Numbered from the stretch's first letter, positions 1 to 12,455 are shown. The stretch: DNA of 64,000 bases from Octopus sinensis (GCF_006345805.1 NC_043010.1:38192001-38256000); one strand, 5' to 3'. The notes: generated by a model not told the origin, from the sequence alone. Translations and numbers: made by a program.

Positions 1-19
1 ATATATATATATATATATA

Positions 20-66
<47 letters not shown>

Positions 67-236
67 CATATATACACTCACACACACATGCATTATATAT
101 ATGTGTGTGTGGTGTGTGTATGTATATGTATTTTTATATATGCATGTAGTATATTTGTGTATGTGTGTGTATATGCGTATGTGTGTTTGTGTGTGTGTTT
201 GTGTGTGTGTATGTGTGTGTGCGTGTGTGTGTATGT
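1..236. repeat. Compound (AT)n/(AC)n/(GT)n microsatellite
   Basis: Direct dinucleotide runs; ORF 88-276 is their translation. Confidence 0.95.
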
Positions 237-478
237 GAACGAAAATCTTTATAGTACTACACTAACGTTTCTTTGAACCGCGCATGACCAGAAACCAAAC
301 TGAGTGCATGGTAACATCGACAGAAAAACATTTCGAGCAAAACCGCGTTTTATCTCAGCGTTTTCCAAACAACTAACAGATCCACTACAGTTTTTCTCCT
401 GAAATAATCCGCATCCAAACACACACACACACACACGCAAACAAACAAACAAACAAACAAAAGTTTTCAGAAGCTGAT

Positions 479-778
479 CTTCCGTCGGTTACGACGACAA
501 GAGTTCCAGTTGATCCGATCGACGGAACAGCCTGCTCTTGAAATTAACGTGCGAGCTGGCTGAGCACTCCACAGACATGCGTACTCTTAACGTAGGGAGA
601 TTCAGCGTGACACAGAGTGTGACAAGACCGGCTGGCCCCTTTGAATTACAGGTACAACTCATTTTCGCCAGCTGAGTGGACTGGAGCAACGTGAAATAAA
701 GTGTCTTGCTCAGGTAACGGACTCACAGCCTTATGATCGAGAGCTGAATACCCTTAATCACTTAGCCACGCACCTTAC
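479..778 (-). mobile_element. tRNA-derived SINE, family C
   Basis: Reverse complement of 45062-45382 (head GGTGCGTGGCTAAGTGATTAAGG, body TGAGCAAGACACTTTATTTCACGTTGCTCCAGTCCACTCAGCTGG, tail ...GTCGTCGTAACCGACGG). Confidence 0.85.
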
Positions 779-1054
779 ACACGCACAGATGCACAGATGC
801 ACACAGACACACACACTCACACACATACACACACAAACAAACAAACACACACACACCTACACGCACACGTACACAGCTATTCGTTGACATAGACGACTGG
901 CTCACCATATTGGTGGAAAACTGCATCAAAAATGCAATACTACAAGAATTGTTTCTCGCAATATTGTTAGCATAACTATCCTTTACATTTTATTGTGTCT
1001 AGGGAGAGCCATTCTCTTTTAGTGTCTTATTAATTTAGTGACTTGTTGATTTAA

Positions 1055-1350
1055 GGTGAGGCGCAATGGCCCAGAGGTTAGGGCAGCGGACTTGCGTTCG
1101 GAGGATCGCGGTTTCGATTCCCTGACCGGGTGTTGTGTGTGTTTATTGAGTGAAAATACCTAAAGCTCCACGAGGTGGTGTGGCGACCCCTGTTGTACTT
1201 TCTCTCACTCTTTCTTCCTGTTTCTTGAATAACGCTGCGTTGGACTGGCGTCCCGTCCAGCTGGATGGGGGGAACACATACGCCATAGAAGCCGGGAAAC
1301 CGGGCCCATGAACCTGGCTAGGCTTGAAAAGGGCGCATAAATGAATAAAA
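1055..1350 (+). mobile_element. tRNA-derived SINE, family D
   Basis: A-box-like TGGCCCAGAGG and B-box-like GGTTTCGATTCC; homologous to 9690-9995, 40278-40430 and 39475-39664. Confidence 0.85.
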
Positions 1351-1371
1351 TTAATTTGACACACTCACCGT

Positions 1372-1488
1372 TTTCCATTCATTTACTTATTTATTTTAGT
1401 AAAATTTTCGTTGCAACCTTTTTAATAATTGTTGCAAACCGCAACGAAAATTTTAGAAAAATAAGTAAGTATTGTAAATGAATGGAAA
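1372..1488. repeat. Imperfect inverted repeat (~45-bp arms, 26-bp spacer), possible MITE remnant
   Basis: TTCCATTCATTTA...AAAATTTTCGTTGC (1372-1414) mirrored by GCAACGAAAATTTT...TAAATGAATGGAA (1441-1488). Confidence 0.75.
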
Positions 1489-2002
1489 TTAAATTAAATT
1501 AATAAGGCACAAAAACAGACTGACTCTCCCCAGACGCAATAAAATATGCTTCAACACAGGAATTCACATAAAGAATCTTACAAACCAAATACAACAACGA
1601 AATATCCTTTACACGTTTTCTAAATTTGCAAGTCTTCCAATTAACATTGTTAAATTTAGATTTTGGCGCTTTAAACAGATAGTTTCGTGCTTTCCGTCAC
1701 TCAATTTCAGTCTTAGCAAAATTGCCCGTGCTATGTCTTTAAGATCTCTACGTTCTAGTTTCGAATCCCGCCGAGCTTGATTTGATTTTTATTCTTCCGG
1801 GAGCCATAAAATATTGGATGAATTGACCCCCAGTACTCAGAAATTTTTAGATCTTGATACCTACTCTATCGGCCTTTTTTTTGCCGAACCGCTCAGTTAC
1901 GGGGACTTAAACACGCCAACACTGGTTGTCAAGCGATGGTAGGGACAAACATAGACACAAAGACAAACACACACATACACACATATACACACACATATAT
2001 AT

Positions 2003-2214
2003 TCTTTTATTCTTTCATTTGTTTCAGTTATTTGACTGCGGCCATGCTGGAGCACCGCCTTTAGTCGAACAAATCGATCCCAGGACTTATTCTTTGTAAG
2101 CCTAGTACTTATTCTATCGGTCTCTTTTGCTGAACCGCTAAGTTACGGGGACGTAGACACACCAACATCGGTTGTCAAGCGATGGTGGGGGAAAAAAAAC
2201 AGACACACAAACAT

Positions 2215-2255
<41 letters not shown>

Positions 2256-2458
2256 CAACAGGCTTCTTTCAGTTTCCGTCTACCATCTCCTGGTTATAGG
2301 ATGGGCTTCATTCAGTTTTCATCTACTAAATCTACTCACAAGGCTTTGGTCGGCCCGAGGCTATAGCAGAAGACACTTGCCCAAGGTGCCACGCAGTGGG
2401 ACTGAACCCGGGACCATGTGGTTGGTAAGCAAGCTACTTACCACACAGCCACTCCTGC
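2003..2458 (-). mobile_element. tRNA-derived SINE, family A, full length (a further 5' half follows at 2459-2622)
   Basis: Reverse complement of 31967-32421: head GGAGTGGCTGTGTGGTAAG...GGTTCAGTCCC, internal microsatellite, tail ...GACTGAAACAAATGAAAGA. Confidence 0.9.
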
Positions 2459-3045
2459 AGGCTTCTTTCAGTTTCCGTCTACCAAATCCACTCACGAGAC
2501 TTTGATCGGACCGAAGTTATAATAGAAGATTCTTACTCCAGGTGCTACGCAATGGGATTGAACCCTGTGTTCAGTCCCACTGTGTGGAAAGCAACCCTCT
2601 TATTACACAGTCACCCTTGCGCCTAATTTAAATATATTTTTTAATACGATGCCTAATATTTATTAATAGCTTTGAGACATTGAATGACAATGAGAGTCCA
2701 TCACCCGTCCCTCAGTAAAATAGAAATCAAAGGGATCAATAGGAAATTTTTAAAAAAACGTTGGGGACATCTGGTTTAGAATATTTTCTACAAGGCGTTG
2801 AGAGTGAACGAGTTTGAAAGAACGAGTTCAGATGCTTTCCTCTTCAGGCCTCCATCAGCAACAACATTAAGTTCTTCTTAGAGAATAAACTCAGAATGAA
2901 GAATAGAGAACTGCTCACCAGTAAATTTGCCCAATGGAGAATAAGATTAGCGAGTATGACTTACATTCAACATGAGCTACATTCAACATGAAACGAGGAA
3001 GGTCATTTGTCCTTAACTGTAATGATAACCTGAGATCTGTGAGAG

Positions 3046-3657
3046 TGGCCTCAAAAAGCCGGATTGGCCTCAAATAGCCGGATACCGTAAATTCTCGAGT
3101 ATAGCCCGCCCTTGAGTATAATACGCAGGGGATTTTTAGGGGGCTGTACCTCTGAAAAACCTAAACCTTGTGTATAATACACACCCCTTCTCTAACTTGA
3201 GTCAAGGAGGTCTATATAACGTCCTTGGTTTGTAAAACTGTATACGGTAACGTTCTTTATTATTATTGTACATATAACATAATGCAAACGTAGCTTTTTT
3301 GTGCATTTTGTTTGCAGAAAATAAAGAAATAACAGTAATAACAGTAATAACATTTAATAAATGTTGCTTACTGCAGGTTATGAATGATTCTTTTATGACT
3401 TCATTGCTTTCAGGCTTAGCTTAAGGTATTTCCATGCCCGACATCACAAAATGCATCTGAATAAACATTGTCGAACAGCAAATAGGGACTCGGACATTGC
3501 TTAGAAATACTTTTCATTTTTAACCTTGTATATAGTACGCACAAGGGATTTTGACCTTTAAATTTTGGGAAAAAAATGCGGATTATACTCGAGGATTTAC
3601 GATAGGCCTCAAATAGCCGGACTGGCCTCAAATAGCCGGACTGGCCTCAAATAGCCG
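3046..3657 (+). repeat. 19-bp minisatellite GGCCTCAAATAGCCGGACT (about 5 units) split by a MITE
   Basis: Two units before 3083 and three after 3604. Confidence 0.85.
3085..3602. mobile_element. pogo/Tc2-like non-autonomous DNA transposon (MITE)
   Basis: TIRs CCGTAAATTCTCGAGTATAGCCCGC / GCGGATTATACTCGAGGATTTACGA; TA on both sides (3083-84, 3603-04). Confidence 0.8.
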
Positions 3658-4027
3658 TTCTCCTATTGAATGGCTCATATCAATACCATTTATGCGGTTA
3701 CTCAGCGTGCAGATTTTTCCTCATACTCCTCGATTTTATGTAAACCTCCATTGTTTTTGTAATGTGTCCTTGGATTGTCGTCTCATGGTTGCCCTTGGAG
3801 AAAATAACATAATTTAAAGTGGTATTAGTAGAAGTATTGGAGCGTTGAATAAAATGCCTAGCGGTATTACTTCTGCTCCTCTACGTTCTTGTTTCAAATC
3901 CCACCGAAGTCAATTTTGTCTTTGATCCTTCAGGGTTCGTGTAGTGCGTATAGAACTAGTCAAACGGTCAAATATTGGAGCCGATTTGTAGTCTTACGCC
4001 AACGTAGTAGTAGTAGTAGTAGTAGTA

Positions 4028-4058
<31 letters not shown>

Positions 4059-4238
4059 TGTAGTAGTAGTCTATAATTTATAAACACATTTATGGAGTCG
4101 ATTTCATTCAACCTGTCATACATACTTACATGGAAGGCAAGTGCGCGCGTATTCATACAGACACATGTATACACATATTTATGAATGTATGTATGTTTCT
4201 ACATATATATATATCCATATATATATGTACACATATAC

Positions 4239-4291
<53 letters not shown>

Positions 4292-4659
4292 TACATATGT
4301 GCGTGTATATATGTAGGTATATATGTATATATGTGTACTTTTATACGTGTTTGAATATGTTTGTCTTTCTTCCACCCACCTACCTCTACCATCATTACCA
4401 CTTCCACCACTACCTCCATCACCACCACCATCACCACCTCCTCCATCATCATCACTGCCACCCGTAACTTCATTTGATGTCTCCAATGACCTCTCCAGAT
4501 CTAGTCACTGATTAAGTGGTTCCGTTACGAGTCCATAAAACTGATATTTGTAGAGTGTTTAATTGTTAATTAGTTATCGATTTGTTACATACATACATCC
4601 ATCCATACATACATACTACATACATATAAATATATATATGTATATATATATTATGTATA

Positions 4660-4714
<55 letters not shown>

Positions 4715-5597
4715 CAAGTTGATTGTAAAGAGAATTATTTTCGGCAAGAGGTAGGCGGTTTAAGTGTATATGCTCTTGCGTGTAGGTGCATGTACATATA
4801 TATATACATATGTATGTATATACATATACCTGTGTGTGTCTGCGAGCGCGTGTGTGTGTAGTTAGGTATATACGCATTTGTATATATGTGTCTGCGTATA
4901 TATATATATGTATACATTTATGTATATGTGTGTGTATGTATGTATGCGTGTGCATATATATGTATTATGCGAACATATGTACATGAATGCGTATACACTC
5001 GCACACATATGATTCCATGAACACCTGAATATATGAGTATGTATTTGTGTGCAGGTAGTCATACACGCATGCTTACATAAGATGCACATAGAAAATGGCC
5101 CTCCGTAATATATATCATGCACATATAAATACATACATATATGCACGTATAGACAGTGACACTCCAGGACAAGCTAGAACTCGCAAACAATGCCATTACA
5201 AAGAAATTACCAAGCACTGTCTGCAGAGTAATGTACATCGATTCCAAAGGCAGCCTTACGTAGAACGAGCTTAACCGTAAGCAAAGACGAACAGTCCTTC
5301 TCTTTACAAGGTACCGTTTCCCTATTGCCGAAACATATTGACGGGTATGAAACCAAAATGACTAAGGTTTACTGCTTCCGTTCTAAAATTCACCACAGGT
5401 CAGCCTTGATTAAGTAGATTTATGATCAAAGACTTTTCAGCCGTAATCAACCCGACGTTTTTGGCGGGGTTGTGTCTAAAGTGACTTTCTGCAATGTGTC
5501 GTTCTCTTATTTAAAATGGTTGGGCGTACTTCGTGGAAGATTTGATTGCTATTTCGGTCACCGACTGCAAGTACTAGTTTGGCAATATTTTTTCAGT

Positions 5598-5820
5598 TTG
5601 AAAGGCAGCGCGCTGACAGAGTCGTTAGCACGCCGGCCAAAATGCTTAGCGGCGTTTCGTCTGTCTTTACGTTCTGAGTTCAAATTCCACTGAGGCCGAC
5701 TTCGCTTTTCATCTTTTCGAGGTCGATAAATTAAGTACAAGTTGCATAATGGGGTCGATCTAATCGACTGACCCCCTCCCCAAAAATTTCGGACCTTGTG
5801 CCTAGAGTAGATAAGAATAT
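5598..5820 (+). mobile_element. SINE family B (ordinary tail)
   Basis: Head GGCAGCGCGCTGACAGAGTCGTTAGC, central GCTTTTCATCTTTTCGAGGTCGATAAATTAAGTAC, tail CCTTGTGCCTAGAGTAG. Confidence 0.85.
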
Positions 5821-5832
5821 TTTTTAGTGTGA

Positions 5833-6065
5833 AAGGCGGCGAGCTGGCAGAAACGTTAGCACGCCGGGCGCAATGCGTAGCCGTATTTCGTCTGCCATTA
5901 TGTTCTGAATTCAAATTCCGCCGAGGTCGACTTTGCCTTTCATCCTTTCGGGGTCGATTAAATAAGTACCAGTTACGCACTGTGGTCGATATAATCGACT
6001 TAGTCCGTTTGTCTGTCCTTGTTTGTCCTCTCTGTGTTTAGCCCCTTGTGGGTAGTAAAGAAATA
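5833..6065 (+). mobile_element. SINE family B', carrying a Tx1-LINE-like 3' tail
   Basis: Standard B head and centre, then TAGTCCGTTTGTCTGTCC...TGTTTAGCCCCTTGTGGGTAGTAAAGAAATA. Confidence 0.85.
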
Positions 6066-6520
6066 GGTATTTCGCCCGTCGCTACGTTCTAAGTTCAAAT
6101 TCCGCCGAGGTCGACTTTGCCTTTCATCCTTTCAGGAAAGATAAATTAAGTACCAATGATACACTGGGGTCAATGTAATTGACTTGCTCCCTCTCCCTAA
6201 TTTCAGGCCTTGTGCCTATAGTAGAAAGGTTTATTTTTTAGCACACTGGGCAAAATGTTTCATGGCATTTTGTCCATCTTTGTTTTTAGTTGTGATTCCG
6301 TTGAATTAGTGTGAGAAAGGCAGACGAAATGCACGCTGGACGAAATGCTTGGCGGTATTTCATCCGTCGCTCCGTTCTGAGTTCAAATCCCGCCGAGGTC
6401 GACTTTGTCTTCCTCCTTTCGAAGTGGATAAAAGTACCAGCTGCGTACTGGGATTGATCTAATTGACTGGCCCCCTCACCCCAAATTTCAGGTCTTGTCC
6501 CTATAGTGAAAGGGCCTATT
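6066..6520 (+). mobile_element. Headless SINE B starting at GGTATTTCG (6066-6235) plus another B copy (about 6340-6520)
   Basis: Homology to the family B centre and ordinary tail. Confidence 0.8.
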
Positions 6521-6666
6521 TTTTAGTGTGAGTATATATACGTATGTTTGTATCTACGTATGTATGTATGTATCTTATTTAAGAATGATAAATCTGTACT
6601 CAACAAAAATATTGAGTAACCCATCAGATTAATGTAAAATTATTTTTATTATAACTGAACATTATT

Positions 6667-6827
6667 ATGCAGGCGTGGCCGTGTGATAAGAAGCTTGCTT
6701 CCCAACCACATGGTTTCGGGTTCAGTCCCTCTGCGTGGAACTTTGGGCAAATGTCTTCTACTATAGCCTCGGGTCGACCAAAGCCTTGTGAGTGAATTTG
6801 GTAGACGGAAATTGAAAGATACCCGTC

Positions 6828-6830
<3 letters not shown>
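6667..6830 (+). mobile_element. SINE family A, 5' half
   Basis: GCAGGCGTGGCCGTGTGATAAGAAGCTTGC...GGTAGACGGAAATTGAAAG. Confidence 0.85.
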
Positions 6831-6858
<28 letters not shown>

Positions 6859-7080
6859 ACTTCTATGCTGAAGTAGAGACAACATGTTCTTTATCTATCT
6901 CCTTAACTTCTTGGAGATTTGTTCTAATTTAATTCAATTTTATGTCTTTGTGCATTTGTGCAACTGAAGATTGGTCTACATTTTAAATTGATAGTGATTG
7001 CATTGTTCAATTAAATGGAGTTGCATGAAACGATCGTACTACAGTACCTCTGGATATCCTTGTTGCTTATTTTGATTATA

Positions 7081-7124
<44 letters not shown>

Positions 7125-7240
7125 AAAAATGGTAAATAATTTTTCAGTGGTTTTTCATATAACCAACAATTATTTACCGGTAAAATTCCGGTATGTAAAT
7201 ATGACAAATTCATCGTCAGGAACTTCTGGAAAGTTCAGTA

Positions 7241-7784
7241 TATAGTGAAAATAATTAAAGGGCGGGCAGCAGGCTGCCTCACCGCATACCGGAGGAATTA
7301 GAAATGGCAGTCAAAGACTGTTTTTTCCATTTTCTATAAGTGGATTTTCCAAATACGACGAACCCTGCGATTCACATACGCAAAAAACGGAGTAGCAAAT
7401 AAACGAAACCAATCTCTTACCGTTAATGATGAACATGTTTCTAGATCACAAGCACGAAAATAGCTTGATTTCCTTTATCAACACCATATTCGATAGATTT
7501 AGCAAATGCCACAAGCCCTCACTTCTGACCAAGCGACATCAGATAGTGGGGGGAGGTGTGCATATGCTAAAACTAAGTAATGACTATTTTCGTGCTTGTG
7601 ATCTAGAAACATGTTCATCATTTCGTTTATTTGCTACTCCGTTTTTTGCGTATGTGAATCGCAGGGTTCATCGTATTTGGAAAATCCACTTATAGAAAAT
7701 GGAAAAAACAGTCTTTGACTGCCATTTCTAATTCCTCCGGTATGCGGCGTGGCAGCCTGCTGCTCGCCCTTTAATTATTTTTAC

Positions 7785-7788
<4 letters not shown>
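7241..7788. repeat. Long inverted repeat (arms about 7241-7463 and 7583-7788, ~120-bp spacer); foldback/MITE or inverted PLE terminal repeat
   Basis: Near-perfect mirror, e.g. AAAGGGCGGGCAGCAGGCTGCC...GGAGTAGCAAATAAACGAAA vs TTTCGTTTATTTGCTACTCC...GGCAGCCTGCTGCTCGCCCTTT. Confidence 0.85.
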
Positions 7789-7999
<211 letters not shown>

Positions 8000-8140
8000 C
8001 AATTAAGGACAACTTCTTAATAAGGAATCTTAATAAGATTATCAGGTAGATAGCGTGAAAAACCTCATAAGAGAAAAATTTCGAAAATAATTCTTTCTTA
8101 TTGAACATATTAATTTATAGTGTCCTCTATATATAAATTA

Positions 8141-8180
<40 letters not shown>

Positions 8181-8184
<4 letters not shown>

Positions 8185-8470
8185 GAATAGAAAATTGAGA
8201 TATACAATTGTCAATTCAGAAATTTAAATTTATTAACATAATATTATATCGAATAATATTCTTATAAAAATATAATATAACAAATAACAAATATTAAATA
8301 CAAATTAGATAAAATTGTTTCGATTCTTACCCATTATAAAATTATAAAAATCCATTGTTTGTGGGTAAGAATCTCTTCAGTGTAATTTTTGATACATGGG
8401 GATTTACAGATCCAAGAAAAGATTCTTTTCTTGAATTGACAATTGTATATCTCCGTTTTCTATTCATTTT
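8181..8470. repeat. Nested inverted repeats (foldback-like)
   Basis: AAATGAATAGAAAATTGAGATATACAATTGTCAATTC (8181-8217) mirrored at about 8431-8470; inner GATTCTTACCCA / TGGGTAAGAATC (8322-8333 / 8362-8373). Confidence 0.7.
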
Positions 8471-8573
8471 TATAAATTCAATATACACCCACGTGATTTA
8501 TAAGGCTTTCTCTACAAAGCTGAGTATTTAACTACGGAGCCCGTGAAAGATTGGATGTTTTCATCCCTAGTTT

Positions 8574-8611
<38 letters not shown>

Positions 8612-8774
8612 ATACACATGTATATATGCATATATATATGTGTGTGTGTATAATTTTTCATTACATATATGAGTGTGTGTGTGTGTGTCTGTCTGTCTCT
8701 ATGTGTGTTTTCCCCCACCATCACTTGACAATTTAGAAACGGCGTATTTACATCCCCGTAACAAATTATTTTTA

Positions 8775-9000
8775 TTGATTTCAAATTTTGGCGCAAGGTC
8801 AACATTTCTGGCGGGGTGGGGTGGAGGGTAAGTCGATTACAGCAACCCCAGTGTTCATCTGGTTCTTATTTTATCGACCCAAAAAGGATGAAAGGAAAAG
8901 TCGACCTCGGCGGAATTTGAACTCAGATCGTAAAAACGGACGTAGGCCCGCTAAGAATTTTGTTCGGAGTGTTAAACGTTTCAGCCAGTTCGCCGCCTTA
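8775..9000 (-). mobile_element. SINE family B
   Basis: GGATGAAAGGAAAAGTCGACCTCGGCGGAATTTGAACTCAG is the reverse complement of the B centre. Confidence 0.8.
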
Positions 9001-9556
9001 CGAATTATTAGTTATATTAAATAGGGAATAAAAGCCACTGCAAGGTAGACGATAGTTAAAAAAGTAAATAAACCTAATCAATATCTCCACTAATTAGGAA
9101 ATGAAAATATTAATATTTCAACGTTAATAATCCTTAATTTTAAAATTGGCTAATTAAAAAATAAAGCATTTTTCCATTTCATAATTAGAACTTATTAAAA
9201 CCGAGACAGTGAACAAATTAAGCTGTTGTTGTTGTTAGTGGTGGTCGTGGTAGTGTTCAGCTCTAGGTCAAGCCCTGATCAAACAGACATACTATTCAAG
9301 GCGTTCCAGTCATGACAAGCCATAAACTTTTGTCAGACACGATGCATCAATGTCTGCATTATCGAATACACCCATCCTAGAATTTTATTCTAGCTCTTTT
9401 GATTTGATGTTTTATGTCCTACTGGCGCGTTGATTGTGCTTCGTTTCAATATTACAGAATAAATCTATAGATTTATAACCAACACTATTTGTATAAACAG
9501 ACGTGAACTTAAACACATTTACACACGCAAACACACACACACACACACACACACCA

Positions 9557-9587
<31 letters not shown>

Positions 9588-9689
9588 CTGGAGTATATAT
9601 TAGCAATAATTATAACGATATAGAACATGGAGACTTGATCATCCTCAGAATTTATTTCCTCTTATTTTACAATTGTATAAGCATATTAG

Positions 9690-10280
9690 TGCGGATGTAC
9701 ATGGTCTAGTGGTTAGAGCAGCGGACTCGCGGTCGAGGGATCGCGGGTTCGAATCTCAGACGGGGTGACGGGTGTGTTTATGAGCGAAACACCTAATCTC
9801 CGCGCGCGGCTCCGGTAGAAGGTAATGGCGAACTTCTGCTGACTCTTTCGCCACAACTTTCTCTCACTCTTTCCTCCTGCATCTTGCAGCTCACCTGCGA
9901 CGGATCGGCGTCCCGTCCAGGTGGGGATCCTATATGCCAAGGAAACCGGGAAACCGGCCCTTATGAGCCAGGCATGGCTCGAGAAGGAACAAAAGTTATT
10001 ATTATTATTATTATTATTATTATAATCGCGGGTTCGAATCTCAGACGGGGTGACGGGTGTGTTTATGAGCGAAACACCTAAGCTCCGCGCGGCTCCGGCA
10101 GAAGGTAATGGCGAACTTCTGCTGACTCTTTCGCCACAACTTTCTCTCACTCTTTCCTCCTGCATCTTGCAGCTCACCTGCGACGGATCGGCGTCCCGTC
10201 CAGGTGGGGATCCTATATGCCAAGGAAACCGGGAAACCGGCCCTTATGAGCCAGGCGTGGCTCGAGAAGGAACAAACAAC
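9690..10280 (+). mobile_element. SINE family D followed by (ATT)n and a headless near-identical second copy (10025-10280)
   Basis: ATCGCGGGTTCGAATCTCAGACGG...GAGAAGGAACAAA occurs twice almost identically. Confidence 0.9.
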
Positions 10281-10303
10281 ATAAGTATATTATCATGGTC
10301 CTC

Positions 10304-10357
10304 GTGACCTATACGTGTTTCCACTGCATAGATTACAGGCAGCTTCGTCAGGGTCAC
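10304..10357 (-). ncRNA. Minimal type I hammerhead ribozyme motif (PLE type), slightly decayed
   Basis: Minus strand: GTGACC-CTGACGA-A-GCTGC-CTGTAATCTAT-GCAGT-G-GAAA-CACGTA-TA-GGTCAC; 6-bp stem I, 5-bp stem II, near-palindromic stem III (ACACGTAT vs ACACGTGT). Confidence 0.75.
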
Positions 10358-10769
10358 TCCATTTTGGCTAGTTTCGAAGTGAACTGAGTGGCGTTAGCTT
10401 TGTGTTAGTTAGTGTTCGGAGAAAGGTGGAGGTGAGATTATTTTGAAACTGAAATCTGATCCGTTTGTAGGGCTGTGCGGTTAACCTCAAATTTACACTA
10501 ATTGCAATCGGAAGTCAGGATTCTGTCTAATTAGGTCAAGGTCGATTTTAGTGTTTTTGCAAGGATCCTTGTTTATTGTGGTGGTTGGGTACGCTGTAGC
10601 TTTGATTTCAAGTGTAATGCTTGTTATGTAAAGTCTTTACTTGTTCATAATATTTGTTTTCTAGGCCGTATTGTTTATGTAATGCGGTATGTTTGTTAAG
10701 GAGGTTATGAATATTAGGGGTTAGGATATGTTCTTCTGTCCGTCCTTTCACACTCAACTGTGGGTGAGG

Positions 10770-11150
10770 TATTGATTATCTAGAACCTTCTTTAATTTTT
10801 AAAAAAGTCTTGCTGTGTTTGTGTAAGCACCTTGAGGCCTGTTCAAGTCTTATATTAAGTAATGTGTTTCTTGAGGTAAATATTTGGTATAATTCTTCTA
10901 TACAAGGTCACATCTACTTGCCCCTGCCCGATTATTTCCTTTTCTGTAGAACAGCTGTGGTTCCTGTCTATAAATGACCTGATTACTTTGCTTAAGCTAG
11001 TATTATTCATCTTTTTTTCCTATCTTTAAAAGAATTTAAGTGATTACCCAGCCTTCCCTTGAAAGCTTGCCTCTATATACAAGTATGTCCATCCCTCAGG
11101 AGTGATTTAGCATCTACAAACAAGGTTTTTTGTCAAACAACTTGGGGCTA
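10770..11150 (-). pseudogene. Penelope-like element GIY-YIG endonuclease C-terminal region, frameshifted
   Basis: Hand translation across frameshifts: FKGRLGNHLNSFKDRKK/NNTSLSKVIRS...RCDL(C)IEELYQIF...LLNIRLEQASRCLHKH, matching the PLE pattern F..R..NH..SF...T.LSK...C.LC..E..I...LLN.R.E...C.H; hammerhead lies downstream. Confidence 0.65.
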
Positions 11151-11227
11151 GCGGGCGTACTGCATCCCTGACACAGTTGCAGAGATCTAATTACTTGTTT
11201 CCACTATTTATTATGTTATGGCCTCCA

Positions 11228-11492
11228 CTGGAAGTTTCTGTTGTCCTCGTTCCTATCGGTCTTGTAATATTTCTATGCATAGGCGTTTGTGTGCTGGTTT
11301 TTCTAGTGGTTTGTGTTCCCTGTCCTATGGAGGTTTTGGTATATGTTTGAGTCGAAGGGAAATAACCCTAATATACCAAATACTTTCATAGGACAGGGAG
11401 CGCGAACCGCTAGAAATACCAGCACACAAACACCTATGCATTGGAAGTTTAGAAATAAAACCAAATCGACAGAAACAAGGATAACAGATACA
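11228..11492. repeat. Imperfect inverted repeat, ~120-bp arms with a 26-nt loop, at the 5' side of the PLE relic
   Basis: ATGCATAGGCGTTTGTGTGCTGGTTTTTCTAGTGG...GGTATAT mirrored by ATATACC...CCGCTAGAAATACCAGCACACAAACACCTATGCAT. Confidence 0.8.
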
Positions 11493-11969
11493 GGGAGAAA
11501 TCACGTGAACTGGCCCGTCAGCGATATAAATACGAGTGCCTTTATGCACTAGGAATCCACATGAGAAGTCCTCTCAAAGCAAATAACACAGTATTTTGTG
11601 TTCTAACACAACATACACGTTATGTCGGATATAAAAATTTAATATAATTTAACTTAGAGCTCGTAAAATAAACTAAAAGTAGAAATATTTTAGATTGATT
11701 TGAGGGAATCTGATAAACGTCACCATATTTAGATTATATTTTCAGAGAGATCTATATTTTAATCTTTTCATGTTAAAATCAAATCTAAACATACAAGCAA
11801 TACTCAAAGGTAAACAAAAAAGACAAAACAAAACAAAACAAAAAAAAAACAAACCCGGATCAACCTGTTTGGATTAAAGCAATCTCAACAACGACATAAA
11901 AAGCCACACGTACCGATATAAAGACATTTTACTATAAGCAAGAACACGTTATGCTATTTCGGTGTACGT

Positions 11970-12455
11970 GACTGCGTGAATGTGTGTGTGTGTGTATGTA
12001 TGTGCGTATGCGTGTGCATGTATGTGTATGTTTTTGCGCGCACGTGTGTCGTTTGTGTGTGTGCACGTGCGTGTGTATGTGTGCGTGTATGTGTGTATAT
12101 CTGTTTATGTGCGTGTGTGTGTGAGTGTGTGCGTGTGTGCGCGCGTGTGTGTGTGTTTGTACGCGTGTGTCGCTTGTGTGTGAATGTGTGTACATGTGTG
12201 TATGCGTGCGCTCATATGTATGTGTGTATGCGCGTGTATGCGTGCGCACCTGTGTATGTGTTGCGTATGTGTGCGCGAGCATGTGTGAGTGCGTGTGTGC
12301 ATGCATGTGTGTGTGCGTGTGTGTGCGTTTGTGTGTGTGTGCGTGTGTGTGTGTGTGTGTGTGCATGTGTGTATGTGTATGCGCGCGCTCATATGTATGT
12401 GTGTACCCGTGTGTATGCGTGCACGCCTGTGTATATGTGTGTGTGTATGTGCGTG

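Noticed and set aside
2925-2995. SKFAQWRIRLA(E)YD, resembling the end of a gypsy RNase H
   Set aside because: Too short and frameshifted, with no supporting neighbouring domains
3046-3657. CRISPR-like direct repeats (also 31283-31375, 33170-33210, 62575-62635)
   Set aside because: Units are adjacent without unique spacers, there are no cas genes, and the context is eukaryotic
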